A DNA stretch of 64,000 nucleotides from Mobula hypostoma (lineage: Eukaryota): positions 17,362,001 to 17,426,000 of the forward strand of contig NC_086109.1 of NCBI RefSeq assembly GCF_963921235.1. Reading direction: 5' to 3'. Made by a program: the position numbers and the translations under genes. Positions 12,454 through 25,501 of this stretch are shown piece by piece. Each line of letters opens with the position of its first letter. Within the stretch, counting starts at the first letter, position 1. Under the pieces are notes generated by a model. The model did no database searches. It saw only the letters and a list, made by a program, of their open reading frames with translations, and had not been told where the DNA came from.

Positions 12454-12799
12454 GCACCTCTTCCTAGAGATGCTGCCTGGCCTGCTGCGTTCACCAGCAA
12501 CTTTTATGTGTGTTGCTTGAATTTCCAGCATCTGCAGAATTCCTGTTGTTTACAACTACACCAGGACTGTAGTTTATTTATCTGTCTAGCTTAAGAAAAT
12601 GGGGAAACTCTAGAACAAGGGCAGAATGATATAAAATCATAGGTTTAGATTGGAACGTTTCTCTCCATTTATCCTATTAACAGATGGTTCAAAACCATGT
12701 TGGTCAGATTCAAAATGATGAGCAAGACCTGAAATATAAGGAAAGGCTTAAATTTGTAGGAGGTAGTTATGAGCTGGAGCTCATTGCCTGTGATGGACT

Positions 12800-14202
12800 T
12801 CAGAGGGTTCCTGTGCTGTGGAAGGCGTCCTGCCTCGTCCCTGTGCCGAAGATGCCGCGCCCCAGTGGCCTCAATGACTACAGACCGGTGGCATTGACCT
12901 CCCACATCATGAAGACCCTGGAGAGACTTGTTCTGGAGCTGCTCCGGCCTATGGTTAGGCCACATTTAGATCCCCTCCAGTTTGCCTACCAGCCCTGACT
13001 AGGAGTTGAGGATGCCATCATCTACCTGCTGAACCGTGTCTACGCCCACCTGGACAAGCCAGCGAGCACTGTGAGGGTCATGTTTTTTGACTTCTCCTAT
13101 GCGTTCAACACCATCCGCCCTGCTCTGCTGGGGAGAAGCTGACAGCGATGCCTTCCTGCATGGATTATTGATTACCTGACTGGCAGACCACAGTACGTGT
13201 GCTTGCAACACTGTGTGTCCGACAGAGTGATCAGCAGCACTGAGGCTCCACAGGGGACTGTCTTGTCTCCCTTTCTCTTCACTATTTATGCCTCAGACTT
13301 CAACTACTGCACAGAGTCTTGTCATCTTCCGAAGTTTTCTGATGACTCTGCCATAGTTGGATGCATCAGCAAGGGGCATGAGGCTGAGTACAGGGCTACG
13401 GTAGGAAGCTTCGTCACATGGTGTGAGCAGAATTATCTGCAGCTTAATGTGAAAAAGACTAAGGAGCTGGTGGTGGACCTGAGGAGGGCTAAGGCACCGG
13501 TGACCCCTGTTTCCATCCAGGGGGTCAGTGTGGACGTGGTGGAGCATTACAAATACCTGGGGATACGAATTGACAATAAACTGGACTGGTCAAAAAACAC
13601 TGAGGCTGTCAACAAGAAGGGTCAGAGCCATCTCTATTTCCTGAGGAGACTGAGGTCCTTTAACATCTGTCGGACGATGCTGAGGATGTTCTATGAGTCT
13701 GTGGTGGCCAGTGCTATCATGTTTGCTGTTGTGTGCTGGGGCAGCAGGCTGAGGGTAACAGACACCAATAGAATCAACAAACTCATTCATAAGGCCAGAG
13801 ATGTTGTGGGGATGGAACTGGACTCTCTGATGGTGGTGTCTGAAAAGAGAATGCTGTCCAAGTTACATGCCATCTTGGACAATGTCCCCCATCCACTACC
13901 TAATGTTCTGGTCGGGCACAGGAGTATATTCAGCCAGAGACTCATTCCACCGAGATGCAACACAGAGCGTCATAGGAAGTCATTCCTGCCTGTGGCCATC
14001 AAACTTTACAACTCCTCCCTTGGAGGTTCAGACACCCTGAGCCAATAGGCTGGTCCCGGACTTATTTCCATCTGGTATAATTTACATATTATTATTTAAT
14101 TACTTTTGGTTTTATATTGCTATATTTATACTCTATTCTTAGTTGGTGCAACTGTAACGATACCCAATTTCCCTCGGGATCAATAAAGTATGACTATGAC
14201 TA
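12800..14202 (+). mobile_element. Rex1/Babar LINE, 5'-truncated, RT pseudogene
   Basis: WKASCLVPVPK..NDYRPVALTS..LDPLQFAYQ, PQGTVLSPFLF, FSDD and YKYLG motifs, with a stop and frameshifts. Tail CAATAAAGTATGACTATGACTA. Confidence 0.88.
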
Positions 14203-15084
14203 GAACAGAGGCAGTCAGGACACATCAGAGGAGAACAGGATAGGCATACAATGGATTTTTTCAGGTTTACATTAAACGATTTGGTGACCACGCTAATTGG
14301 TTCCATTGTGCAAATGGTCATTTTTTTCCGTAATAATAATTTGAAAATGTTTGTTGTTTGGAGCAAAGGGGAAATTAGAGTGAGACAAGGAACTACAGAT
14401 TGTGCAGGAAGGAGAACTGGGTGATATGAATTTATTACTTTTGTTATTCTTTGAAATGACTGATGGTGGAGCTGTTCACCATGTGTTTTCACAGTTTGTG
14501 CCACCATGGTTTTTATCAGCTGCTTTAGTGTGCATTGCAAGCCAAAGAGCACACAATGCTCTTTAGTTTTATGGTTCCGTTCTTTTAATAGAACAAATTC
14601 TATTCAGACCCACAAAGTGTCTAGTAAACCAAATTTTTTTTATTCCACAACAACTATTTGCAGCCAGTCTGCAACTACTTTTTCTAAACCTGTCACTGCC
14701 CTCACCCCACTTCCATTTTTCCTTGCATCACCATCACTTCATTTAATTGCTCCTGATCTCCACTTTATTATTTGCTTCCTTTCTTTTCCATGTTGAATAT
14801 TTCCAGTTTCAGTAGAAGATCAACAACACTGTTCCATTTCTCTTTCCTGCATGCCAATTGTTCTGCTGAAGGTATGCTTTGATTCTGTAATCATATTTTG
14901 ATATCCATCAATTCTGTGTTATGCTTTATGGTCAGTAAGTCCCCGTGGCCAAATGAGGTCTGTCCATCTATGTTACAGAAAATGGCTGAGGCCTCTGATT
15001 GAGATTTTTGCACCTTCAGTTGCTGAGGGTGAGGAGGTTGGAAGTTAGCTAAGGGTGGAGGTTAGATAAAGGTAGCACGGATAA

Positions 15085-17670
15085 GCCAGGTAACTACTGC
15101 CTGGTGATCTTTAAATGGGTGGTAGGGAAGTTACTGAAGAAAATTCTCAAGGAATGGAATTCATCTCATTTGAAAAAAATGAGACCTGATTGGAGATGGT
15201 TAACGAACTGTGATGTAGGGGAAAATCCTTCAATTTCATAGTTTATTTTTGAGGACGTAACTAAGACGATAAATGAAGGTAGAGCAGCTATCAATATGAA
15301 GTTTAGCAAGGCAGGATCCTGTATGGTTGGCTATCCAGAAGATTAGGTACATGGAGTCCAAGTAATGCTGACTAATTGGAAGCAAAATTGGCTTGGTAAT
15401 GGTGGGTAGAGGGTGGTGATGAAAGGATCAAATAGTGGTTGGAAGTCTGTGACTGCTGTACAGCAGGGATGAGGCTGGGACCCCTGTTGTTTGTGATTGA
15501 TACGAACAACTAGGATGCCAGTGTAGGAGGAACTATTAGTAAGTTCAGAAATGGCAGCAAAATTAGTAATGGTGTTGATATCAAGGAAGCCTGTTTGAAA
15601 ATTCAACAGGATATAAATCAGATAAATTGACTGGACTGAGCTTAATCCAAACAAGAATGAGGTCTTGCTTACTGGAAATTCAAATTCTGGTGACATACAG
15701 TGGAAGTGGCAGGAACCTTGGGAGCATTAATGTACAGAGATATCTTGAGTATAAACCCATAGCTGACTGAAAGTGGGGACACCAGGGTGCTGAGGAAGAT
15801 TTTACATGCTTACCTTCACAGACGGAGCCATCGTATATGAGGATTGGGATGTCATGTTGCAACTGCATCATACTTTGCTTGGATGCTACACTTACAGCAA
15901 GGATGTAGTAAGAGTACAGAAGAGATTCACCAGAATGTTGCCTGGAACAGAGGGTAGTATTTTTTTTAGCCTGGTTTATTCTCACTGGAAAGAAGAAAGC
16001 TGTAGGGTGACCTCTTGGGGGATTATATAATTATGTCGGTGTAGATACGGTGGATGTTCGATCTTTTTTCCCAGGATTGTGAGTCTAAAACCAGTGGGTA
16101 CAAGTTTAAAGTGAGGAGGGAGGTAAAGGATACCTGAAGGGTAAATTTCTTAGCCAGAGGGAGGTGGCTACCTGGAGTAAGCAGCCCGAGTATGTAGTAG
16201 AGACATACGCAATTATATTTAGTAATAATTTGGATAGGTACTTAGAGAAGGAAAGGAGAATAGAGATACAGGCGTAATGCAGGTCAATGAAATTAGCGCA
16301 GATGGGCGTCATGGTTAGCATGGACGATGTGGCCCTAAAGGGCCTGTTTTTGTGCTGTATGATTTTCTGAATGTAAAAGTTGGGATGTTTATGATGTAAC
16401 TTTACAAACCACTGGTCAGACTGTACTTGGAGATCTGTGTTCAGTCTGGTCATCACAATGAAGGAAGATAGGAAGATGTGGTTATATTGGAGGGAGTTTA
16501 AATGTGATTCACCAGGAGATTAGAGGAGTTGACTTTGAACTTTTGAACTCTGAAATTTGAGATTGGGTAGGCTCCCTCCCCCCCCCCCCCCGAAGCAAAT
16601 GTGGCAGAGAGGTGACCTGATAGATGAAGCATACAGTAGATTAGGTAGATAGAATCTTTTTTTTCTCATAGCAGCGGGTATCAAATACAAAAGAGCATAG
16701 ATTTAAGGTGAGAGAAATGAATTTTAAGGTAAAGAGTTTACATAGGGTGATGGATATCTGGAGAAGGTAGGTGGTGATTCACTATATTTAAAAGACGTGA
16801 TATCCATGTCCATAGGTGCCTCAAAATTGTCATGCAAGTTGATAGAATCATTAAGAAGGTGTATGGTGTGTAGGCCTTCATTAGTCAGGTAATTGAGTTC
16901 AAGAGCCATAAGCTAATATTGCAGCTCTATAAAACCCTGGTTAAACCACTCTTGGAATATTGTATTCAGTTCTGGTCACCTCCTTATAGGAAGGATGTGG
17001 AAGCTTTAGAGGAGGTGCAGAGGAGAGTTACCAGGAAGCTGCCTGGACTGAAGGGCATGTCTTTTGAAGGTAGTTGAGTGAGCTTTTCTCTTTGGAGTGA
17101 AGGAAGTTGAGAGCTGACTTGATAGAGGTGTACAAGATGGTAAGATGCATAGATTGAGTGGACAGCCAGAGCCCCCCCCCCCCCCACCCGGTGCAGAAAT
17201 GGGTATTTAAGGAATTCTTAGATAGGCTCATGGATGATGGGAAAATGGAAGGCTGTGATCTCAGAGCGGAATGAAAGTTTGGCACCACGTTGTGGGCCTT
17301 GGGACCTGTAGTGTACTGTAGTCTTCTATGTTCTGAAACTCTTCCTATCCCATTTCTCTAACTTAATTGAAATAACTTAAGACTTCCTTCTCTCTCGTTT
17401 GCTTATCTTGTTTTCCTTTAAATGTATACATTTGATTCCCTCAGCTTAAGTTTTCATACAGAGTGTGGTGGTGGATGGAACATGATGCAGAGAGTGCTAG
17501 AGGCAGATGCATTAGGGACATTTAAGAAACTCTTAGGTGAAAGAAAAATGAAGGGTTCTGCAGGAGTAAAGCTTTAGATTGATACTGGAGTAGATTAAAA
17601 GTCAGCACACTATCATGGGCTGAAGGGCCTGTCCTGTGCTATAATGTTCTATATTCTATGTTCTATGTGA
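15085..17670 (+). mobile_element. Cluster of old, nested CR1-type LINE fragments
   Basis: Degenerate CR1 RT segments (e.g. RVQKRFTRMLPG) and several TTCTATG-type tails. Confidence 0.65.
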
Positions 17671-18454
17671 CTGTTAGATAGCCAAGGAAGAGAAGGACAT
17701 GGACCTAATGCTGGCAAAAGAATTTGTATAGATGGGCAGTGAGGTCAGTTGGAAGTAGTGAGCTTGACGAGCAGGTTTCTGTGGTGTACGACTTTGCCCT
17801 AACCATAGACCTAATTTTAGTCAAATAAAGCTACTTGGATAAATTTGCAACAGCTTATTAGCTCATGCAAAGTTTTTAATTTAAATAAAACCTGTATCAG
17901 CTGTATAAAATATGAAAAGTTAACATCAATTGAGTTGCTATTATCAAATGACACCTCTGAGGCCCATATCTAATTTGTAATTTGAAGCAGTTCCCCAGAC
18001 CTAATGCTTCTCATACTGGGTCAATGGCCAGTCCAAAACAGTGTATGGTTGCTGTGTACAGTGCAAAAGTGGATGTTACTGTTATTAAATATGTTATAAA
18101 AATCTTCTTAAAATTCAATTGGCCACTTAATGCTGAGTGCTGTCCCGATAACTTAAAAGTTCAAAGCTTAACATATTGCACAGTTCCTTACTCTGACCTG
18201 TCATTTAAGGATACTTGGATCCATGAAGTATTTTGACTACTATACAAAACTCCAGAGAATTGCAAGTTATAATGTGAATCCATTATGCTTTGGCTTTTAA
18301 TCTGCAATGCTTGGATATAATGCATTCACTTCTATTAAATGAAAACATAAGCACAGAAATATGACTATGGTCTACTTCTACTCAACAGGAGTTGGAGATT
18401 CAGTCTCCTGTACTGCTTAGTTGTATTTTTGCGCTAACCCCATAACCCTTGATT

Positions 18455-21220
18455 TCAAAGTTCAAAGTACATTTATAATCGAAGTATGTATACTATATAC
18501 AACCTTGAGTTTTACCTCTTTGCAGTCTTCTTAAAGGCAGCCACAAAACACCAAAAAAATGAACAAATCATGCAAATAATTAAGAAGTAAACAAGTAACA
18601 CTGTGAACTAAAGTTCACAAAAGAGACTCCACAGCCACGAAGCCAGTCATTGCTGCAGACAGTCCAGGAGCCTGCTAGTTGCAGGCCACAGCTTCATTTC
18701 AGTCCAGAGATGAATGAACTGAGCAGTGAGCTGAAGGCTGGCCCATCCTTCGCCTCTGTCTCCAATACCCCTACTTTTCAACCTAGCCTGGTGCTTCAAT
18801 CAACAAACATCGACTCGTCCCTTGCTCTTGCATCTTAATATCCAAAAATATATCACTTTCTGTCTTACATGTGCTCAGTGGTTGAGTCTTCATGGTCTTA
18901 GTTGGCCATCCAGAACCGAGATGAGAAGTTTTTCACTTGGGCTGTATGCATCTTGAGATTGTGATCTCAGCATACTTCAACAGCGAAAGCGTTGTCTCTA
19001 GATTTCCTGTCAGTCCCTATAGAACATTATCATTCCAGATGCCAGCTCTTACTTTCTCTTCTGTAGGTGAAACCCCAACACTTCCACCCACCCAACCCAA
19101 TCTCGCCATTTAGTACGTGCCCTCTCTTCACTTTTACCATCAGGGATGAGGCGCACTCAATGTTTTCCCCTCTGCCATCAAATTTCTGAATGGTCTATGA
19201 ATGCTACTTCATTATTTAATGTTTGTACTCCTATTTCTTTATTTTTATAACTTGTAGTTTTTGTCTTGCCCTGGACTGTGGCCACAAAGCAGCAAACTTC
19301 ACGACATGCAGTTTGTCAGTGATAATAAAGCTGATCCTAATTCAATTTTCTCAGCAACTTTAAACTCCTCAGTGTTACCATTTCAGAGCATCTATCCTGG
19401 GTCCAGCACATAGGAGCAACTACAGAACAAAGAAAGCACAACAGCACCTCTACTTCCTTAGAAGTTTGCATAGATTTGGCATGACTTTTAAAACTTTGAC
19501 ATACTGCTACAGCTGTGTGGTGGAGAGTATAGTGAGTGGTTGCAACGTATCCTAGTATGGAAACTCCAATGCACTTGAATGGAATTGTCTGCAAACATAG
19601 TGGATACAGCGCAGTTCATCATGGGTAAAGCCCTCCCACCACTGATCACATCTACTGTATACGGAAAGCTGTCTGTCGCAGGAAAGCAGCATCCATCATC
19701 AAGGACCCCAGTGACCCAGGCTGTCCTCTCTTCTTGCTGCTGCCATCTGGAAGAAGGTGGAGGAGTCTCAGAACCCATACCATCAGGTTCAGGAATATTT
19801 ATTGCCCCTCGATCAACAGGTTCTTGAAGCAGTGGGAATAACTTCACTTAACTTGACTTGCCCCATCACTGAACTATCCACTCTATCTTTGCGTCTTATC
19901 ATCTTGTACACCTCTATCAGTCTCAGTCACCCCTATCCACCTCATTTGCATTTCTTTTTTCATTTGATATATCCATACAAGGTTCTGTAGTCAGGGTTTG
20001 TTTCTGTCCACTCTGTTTTCAATTTCTTTACTGAAATCTTAAAATTTTCCCACCGTTTTCACTTTTTACTATTTTTTGCTACATTATAAGCCTTTTCAAT
20101 CCAGTACTTTCTTGGTTAGCATCTCTCATTAGCCATGAGTTTTCTAAGGTTTTTAAGCCTGAAAGATAAATTCTGTTTATTTTTTAAATGTGTTGCTGTT
20201 TAATATCTTGCCTTTTAATGTCTCTTCTAATTGTGCTGTAGCTAGCACATCTTGTACCTGCTTAATTTGCATGGTTTAGATTCGAAAACTAGGTTTCTAA
20301 ATGAACCTAAATCACTTTGATATTTTTGAAAATTCCATCAATTTATGATCATTTTCCCTCAAGGCCCATTAATCTTAATACATAATCTATAAAATAGCTT
20401 CCAGTCTCACTGGTTCCACACCATACTGATCCAGTAGACCATCTCTTATGCACATCATGAATTCATTCCACACAGTTACTGCTCATTTGGTCCCAGGTTA
20501 TGGTTGTTTTTAACAGTCTTTCCCTGCTTTCATTCAGATCACTGCTGTAGTCTTGCGTTTGTAGGTTCTGTGCCTTCCTAATGTAGTCAGTTTATCCATT
20601 CTCTTTCTGTACTCTGATTTATTTCCTCCCTTCTCCCTGATAGTTTGATAGACAGCCTTATCTGCAACCTAGATTATTTGCTTGGGCACTGGTCCTCGGC
20701 TGATTCGATTGAACCCTTCCTCTCTCCCACTATTGAAACCTAATGGAGGAGGACAGCAACCAAGAGTGGGTGGTGGAGGTGTTCAGAGCTGTCTGCCAGC
20801 CCTGCATTCGAGGTCTCTCTTCCCGCTCTCGCTTGATGCTGTCAGAGGATTGTGTCGGAATTTTGGCTTTTGGGCAAAATTTAATTAACGCAATTTGTGG
20901 ATTGGACTCTGTAGTTCACGTCATGATGCGTTTCTGGTTGCTCCATTTTTTTGTTGTTATTTCATTGGGACGGCCTGCAGGTAATGAATGACGTGCTAAA
21001 TTAAACTGAATATGCTTAGACTCTTTTAGTTTTGTATTTTATATCCTGTGTTTTTCTACTCATTTTTTGCTGTTTGTGCAATTTTGTTTTTTTTTAACAT
21101 ATGGGGGTGGGGTTTTCTTTGAATGGGTTTCATGGTTTTCTTTGTTTCACGGCTGTCTCTGGCAGGGCGAATCTCAAGGTTGTTTACTGCATACAGGCTT
21201 GGATAATAAATGTACTTGGA
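18455..21220. mobile_element. Mixed decayed Rex-like LINE tails and fragments
   Basis: Reverse tail TTCAAAGTTCAAAGTACATTT at ~18455, Rex RT C-terminal remnant at ~19350-19870, and a tail ending in AATAAATGTACTTGGA at ~21220. Boundaries are approximate. Confidence 0.5.
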
Positions 21221-21284
21221 ATTATTTAGTCTGAAAACAAACAAGATCAATAGTATTAAGAGTGGAAATGTGGGTGAAATTATT

Positions 21285-23205
21285 ATTTGTCATGAAATTT
21301 GTTGTCTGTGTGGCAGCAATACAATCCAAGACACAATCATAGAGGTAGAAACGTGTTATACTAAGTTTGTATATTAAATAGTTAAATAAGTAGTGCAAAA
21401 ATAGAAATTTAAAAAGTTGTGAGGTAGTGTTTACGGGTTCAATGTCCATTCAGAAGTCGAATGGCAGATGGGAAGAAGCTATTCCTGAATCATTGAGTGT
21501 GATCCTTCAGGCTTCTGTACCTCCTTCCTGGTGGTAGCAATGAGAAAAAGGCATGACCTGGAGATGGCGATGTCCTTAATGATGGAAGCTGTCATTTTGA
21601 GGCATCACTCCTTGAAGATGATGTTACGGAGGCTAGTGCCAGAACCTGATAAATCAGATAATCACTTAAGATTATGTTTAGGGACAGAACACATCAACGC
21701 CTATCTGTATGATGCCATACAAAACAAGTGTCATGCAACTATGGATAATATTAAAAAAGAGTGGGAAAAGGGGTTGGGTACAGATATAGGGGAGGTTATA
21801 TGGAATGAGGCTTTGGAGTATGTTAACTCCTGCTCTATCAATGCCACGCATTGTTTAATACAATTTAAAATCCTACATAGACTACATTACTCAAAGGTAA
21901 GGATTCATAAAATATTCCCAGAGGTGTCCCCAATGTGTGAGAAATGCCGTCCTCAGAGGCAAATTTGTTACATAGTTATGCTTTATGTCCCAGGATACAA
22001 GAGTATTGGAAGCAAATATTTGAGGTCCTATCGAAGATACTAAAGGTTCAGATAATATCAGAACTCTTTTTAATAATTTTTGGAACTTCTGCGAGGTCAA
22101 ATAAATTCCAGGCTACCCAGCAACAACTCCTGACCTATGGCATACTTAATGGAAAGAAACTCATACTGATGTTCTGGAAAAAGGAGGAAACTCCATCACT
22201 CAGACAATGGCTGGCTGCATTAATGGATACTCTGCATCTAGAGAGGATAAGATACTTTATCAAGGACAGACTCAATGAATTTGAAAAAACCTGGCAACCA
22301 TTACTGTTGTATTTAGAAGAGACCGACAGCTGAACTAAGTGTGGGGGGTGGTAGGACCTAAACAGCACATATGGGAGGGGTGAGGGGTGGGAAGGGGGGG
22401 AAAGGAGACGGGATGGTAGGGTTTCCTTTGCTTTTTGCTTGTTTACTATACATACATTCATTAGACTTTCATTATCTTGTTATAAGAAAAGTAAAAAAGA
22501 AGCATTGTACTTTAGGACATTGTCGGTTGTGGTTAAGCTGATGTTGCTTCCCAATAAAAACATTTGAAAACAAATGGAGGCTAGTGCCCATGATGGTGCT
22601 GACTAAGTTTACAAATCTCTGCAGCTTATTTCGATCCTGAGCAGTGGCCCCACTGCCCCCCCCATACCAGACAGTGATGCAGTCAGTAAGAATGCTCTCC
22701 ACAGTATATCTGTAAAAATTTGTCAGTGTCTTTGCTGACGTACCAAATCTCCTCAATATAGCCACTATCGTGCTGCCTTTGCAGCTGCATCGATATGTTG
22801 GATTCAGGTTAGAGCCTCAGAAATATTGACACCATGAACTTGAAATTGCTCACTCTTTCCACTTCTGATCCCTCTACGAGGACTGGTGTGTGTTCCTTCA
22901 TTTTGCCCTTTCTGAAGTCCACAATCAGTTCTTTGGTCTTACTGAGGTTGAGTGCAAGATTGTTTTGCTGCAACACCACTCAACTAGTTGATGTATCTCG
23001 CTTCTGTATGTCCTCTTATCATCATTTGAAATTCTGCTAACAATAGTTGTATTGCCAGAAAATTTATAGATACCATTTGAGTGGTGCCTAGCCACACAGT
23101 TATGGGTGTAGAGAGAGAGTAGAGCAGTGGGCTAAGCATACATCCCAGAAGTGCACCAGTGTTGATTGTCAGTGAGGTGGAGAAGTTACTTCCGATCCGC
23201 ACGGT
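21285..23205 (-). mobile_element. Rex1/Babar-like LINE fragment hosting the nested L1
   Basis: Minus-strand RT remnants (TG...GCMLSPLLYSL; LTNFYRYTVESILT.CITVWYG) continue across the L1 insertion. Confidence 0.78.
21641..22575 (+). mobile_element. L1/Tx1-clade LINE 3' fragment
   Basis: ORF2 C-terminus FKILHRLHYS...CEKC....ANLLHSYALCP.I..YW (CCHC knuckle), G-rich 3' UTR, AATAAA with an A-rich end, and a 13-bp TSD GGAGGCTAGTGCC (21628-21640, 22576-22588). Confidence 0.85.
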
Positions 23206-23856
23206 CCTTCCTCAAGGAGCAATGAGCAAGAGGGAGAAGAGACCCTTATGTACAGACACCATCCTCTGGCAACAGCGAGCAAGAGGCTGGTAGACAGAGC
23301 TGGTAAATGCTCGTCTTCTGCTCACACCTCATGATTTTAATCTTCCTCGCTTTTTTAATGGAGTCATTCGCACCCTATCTCCAGGCTTCTTGGCCTCGAC
23401 GATGCACACTTGCTTGAATACTCACCAAACACGCTCGGAGACTGCAAAGCACTAGATCACTCAATCAGCCCAAAAGCACACCATTAAAATGCAGATCATA
23501 GGCTTCAACAGTAGCAGAACCACATTTGAAAGAAAAGGATGCAAAAGAAGAGAAAGAGGTATTTTTGTAAACTGTCTGGAGGATGTTGCCCTTGGTTGCA
23601 TTGTTTGCTGTCGCCGTCTTCATCCAGAAATAAGCATGTTATAATTCAAACAGGAAAATTACTGAGATAAATAGGAATGAACTGAGTTCATAATTTGTCC
23701 TGTTGTCCATATATTTTATAAATACAAGAACTGCACTACCTAAAATCATCTTTTATTCTTTCCATGTGTTAGAATTTCTACTGAAAATGCTGATTGTTCA
23801 CTTGTACATGGAAAGCAGTGGTTGGTTACATTAATAATTTTAAACTTTTTGTCCAG

Positions 23857-23992
23857 GTATGAGCGTCTAGAGGAGCAGTTGAATGATCTGACAGAGCTTC
23901 ATCAAAATGAAATGTCTAACCTGAAACAGGAACTTGCCAGTATGGAGGAAAAAGTGGCTTACCAGTCGGATGAAAGAGCCAGAGATATCCAG
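23857..23992 (+). CDS. TMCC2: TMCC2 coding exon
   Basis: Acceptor ttttgtccag|G (phase 2) and donor CAG|gtacat. Encodes [45 protein letters not shown]. Confidence 0.95.
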
Positions 23993-24044
23993 GTACATCC
24001 TCTAAAAAAATAGATTTGGTTGGTAAATATATCTGCAATCGGGA

Positions 24045-24290
24045 AGCATAGTAGTGTAGGTGTTAGTATAATGCTATTATAATGCCTGCAACTTGCGTTC
24101 AGTTCTGCCACTGCCTGTAAGGAGTTTGTATGTTCTCCTCTTGACCACCTGGGTGCTCAAGTTTCCTCCCACATTCCATAGACAAACAGGTTGGTAGGTT
24201 AATTTGGTTGCATGAGTGCAATTGGGTGTCATGGGCTCTTAAGCCCAGAAGGGCCTGTTACTGTGCTGTATCTCTAAATAAAATAAAAAT
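24045..24290 (+). mobile_element. V-SINE-like (HE1-type) SINE
   Basis: Core GAGTTTGTATGTTCTCC...GGGTGCTC..GTTTCCTCCCACATTCCA with a CR1-like tail GAAGGGCCTGTTACTGTGCTGTATCTCTAAATAAA. Confidence 0.7.
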
Positions 24291-24636
24291 TCTCCTCCTT
24301 GGAGATTTTAAACATTTTTCTAATGGTGAGGTTCTCCTTAACAGGAATAGATTGCACTTTGTTCATCAGATAACTCTGGACCAAACTTACCTTTTTTTTA
24401 AAGCAAGCTATTGAGTGGCATTAATGGCCGTACATATCTCCAGATCTCATTGTTTACTTCTCCCTCCCCATGTACGTAGATTAATTGTAGTAGTTTTAAG
24501 GTGTTTCTGAATATATCACTTTAGAATTTGTTTCACTATAACTCAACAAAATCTATATTTCATTGATGGATTTGGACAGTAAATTTTGTTGGTGTTTTTT
24601 TTTGAAGAGTCACGCTTAAAATGTGATTCTTTAATG

Positions 24637-25501
24637 TGTTACGTACCCCGTAACTGGGTTGCCAAACCAGCAGAAATGGATCACTCAGTTGGAGTCTGGA
24701 GTACTAGAACGAAGAAAGTTTTATTAAAGAAACAAGCAACACAGTAATCGAAAGGATAATAAATGCAACAGTTCAGCAATGATAGCCACACATGTGCACA
24801 GAATTAAGATAACAGCATCAATCAAGCTCTATCGTTGTCTAGGGGTAAATGACCAAATTTAAAAGTGACTCAAAGTTCAGTCCAGTTAGTAGTTCAGTTC
24901 GCAGTAATTGTTGCCATGGCGATGGACAACGTGGGGGAAGAGAGAGATAGAACAGGAACAACTGATCATTCAGAACGGCTTCACTCACAGACCGGCGAGA
25001 TTGCTCACAAGCAACTTTTGGGCGGGTCCTTGGTGATGTCACCTGAGGTCACCGACTGTGACCCCTCCTCCAGATGTGGTCGATCCTCTGCAGCGAACCC
25101 GGCACCCAGGCAAGGGCGGACACACACCGGGTTCCCGCTGATCGTACCTTTCCACCCTGGTCGTTGTCTGGTACTTCTCACCCACTCGTGAGAGGCGCAC
25201 CGCTTCCAGGGTCTCGTTACCTCAGGTGGCGTGTGTGTGACCTGCCTTAGCGAACCCGTCCCTTTTTATCCCCCTGCTGGGGTATCGCCTGTCCATCACT
25301 TCAAACAGTTCAGGGTTCAAAGGGGGGAGCCGCTCCAGACAGCTCTCTCTCTCCCACGTCCCTTCATTACACATCTCCAGACGCTGCTCCATTGTTCCTT
25401 ATCTCTCCTTCCCCTGAGGGCAGGTGGCAGACCAACTGCTGATGCCACTGATGCTAGCCCAGGCCAGCAAACATCTTAATTTTATGTGTATTCTCGTCAC
25501 A
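24637..25501 (-). mobile_element. Solo LTR (865 bp, Gypsy/ERV-like)
   Basis: Termini TGTTAC...GTCACA with a 4-bp TSD AATG (24633-24636, 25502-25505). TATA-like and AATAAA motifs lie on the minus strand; CpG is retained. Confidence 0.85.

Larger units (their letters stand above)
10625..12550 (+). mobile_element. Penelope-like retroelement, 5'-truncated, with an inverted pseudo-LTR
   Basis: RT motif FLRYIDD and thumb YKPTDSHSYL..SSH; GIY-YIG nuclease (VIYCI..C..C..YIGET.R.L..RF.EH) broken by stops and frameshifts. Inverted arms ~10625-11019 and 12124-12515; 14-bp TSD TACAACTACACCAG (10611-10624, 12551-12564). Confidence 0.92.

Noticed and set aside
10625..12515. Long inverted repeats read as DNA-transposon TIRs
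   Set aside because: The interior encodes RT and GIY-YIG, the ends are asymmetric, and the TSD is 14 bp. This is Penelope-type structure.
10573..12594. Many overlapping 100-120 aa ORFs on both strands
   Set aside because: They are by-products of the purine/pyrimidine-skewed inverted pLTRs. Only the RT/GIY-YIG remnants are meaningful.
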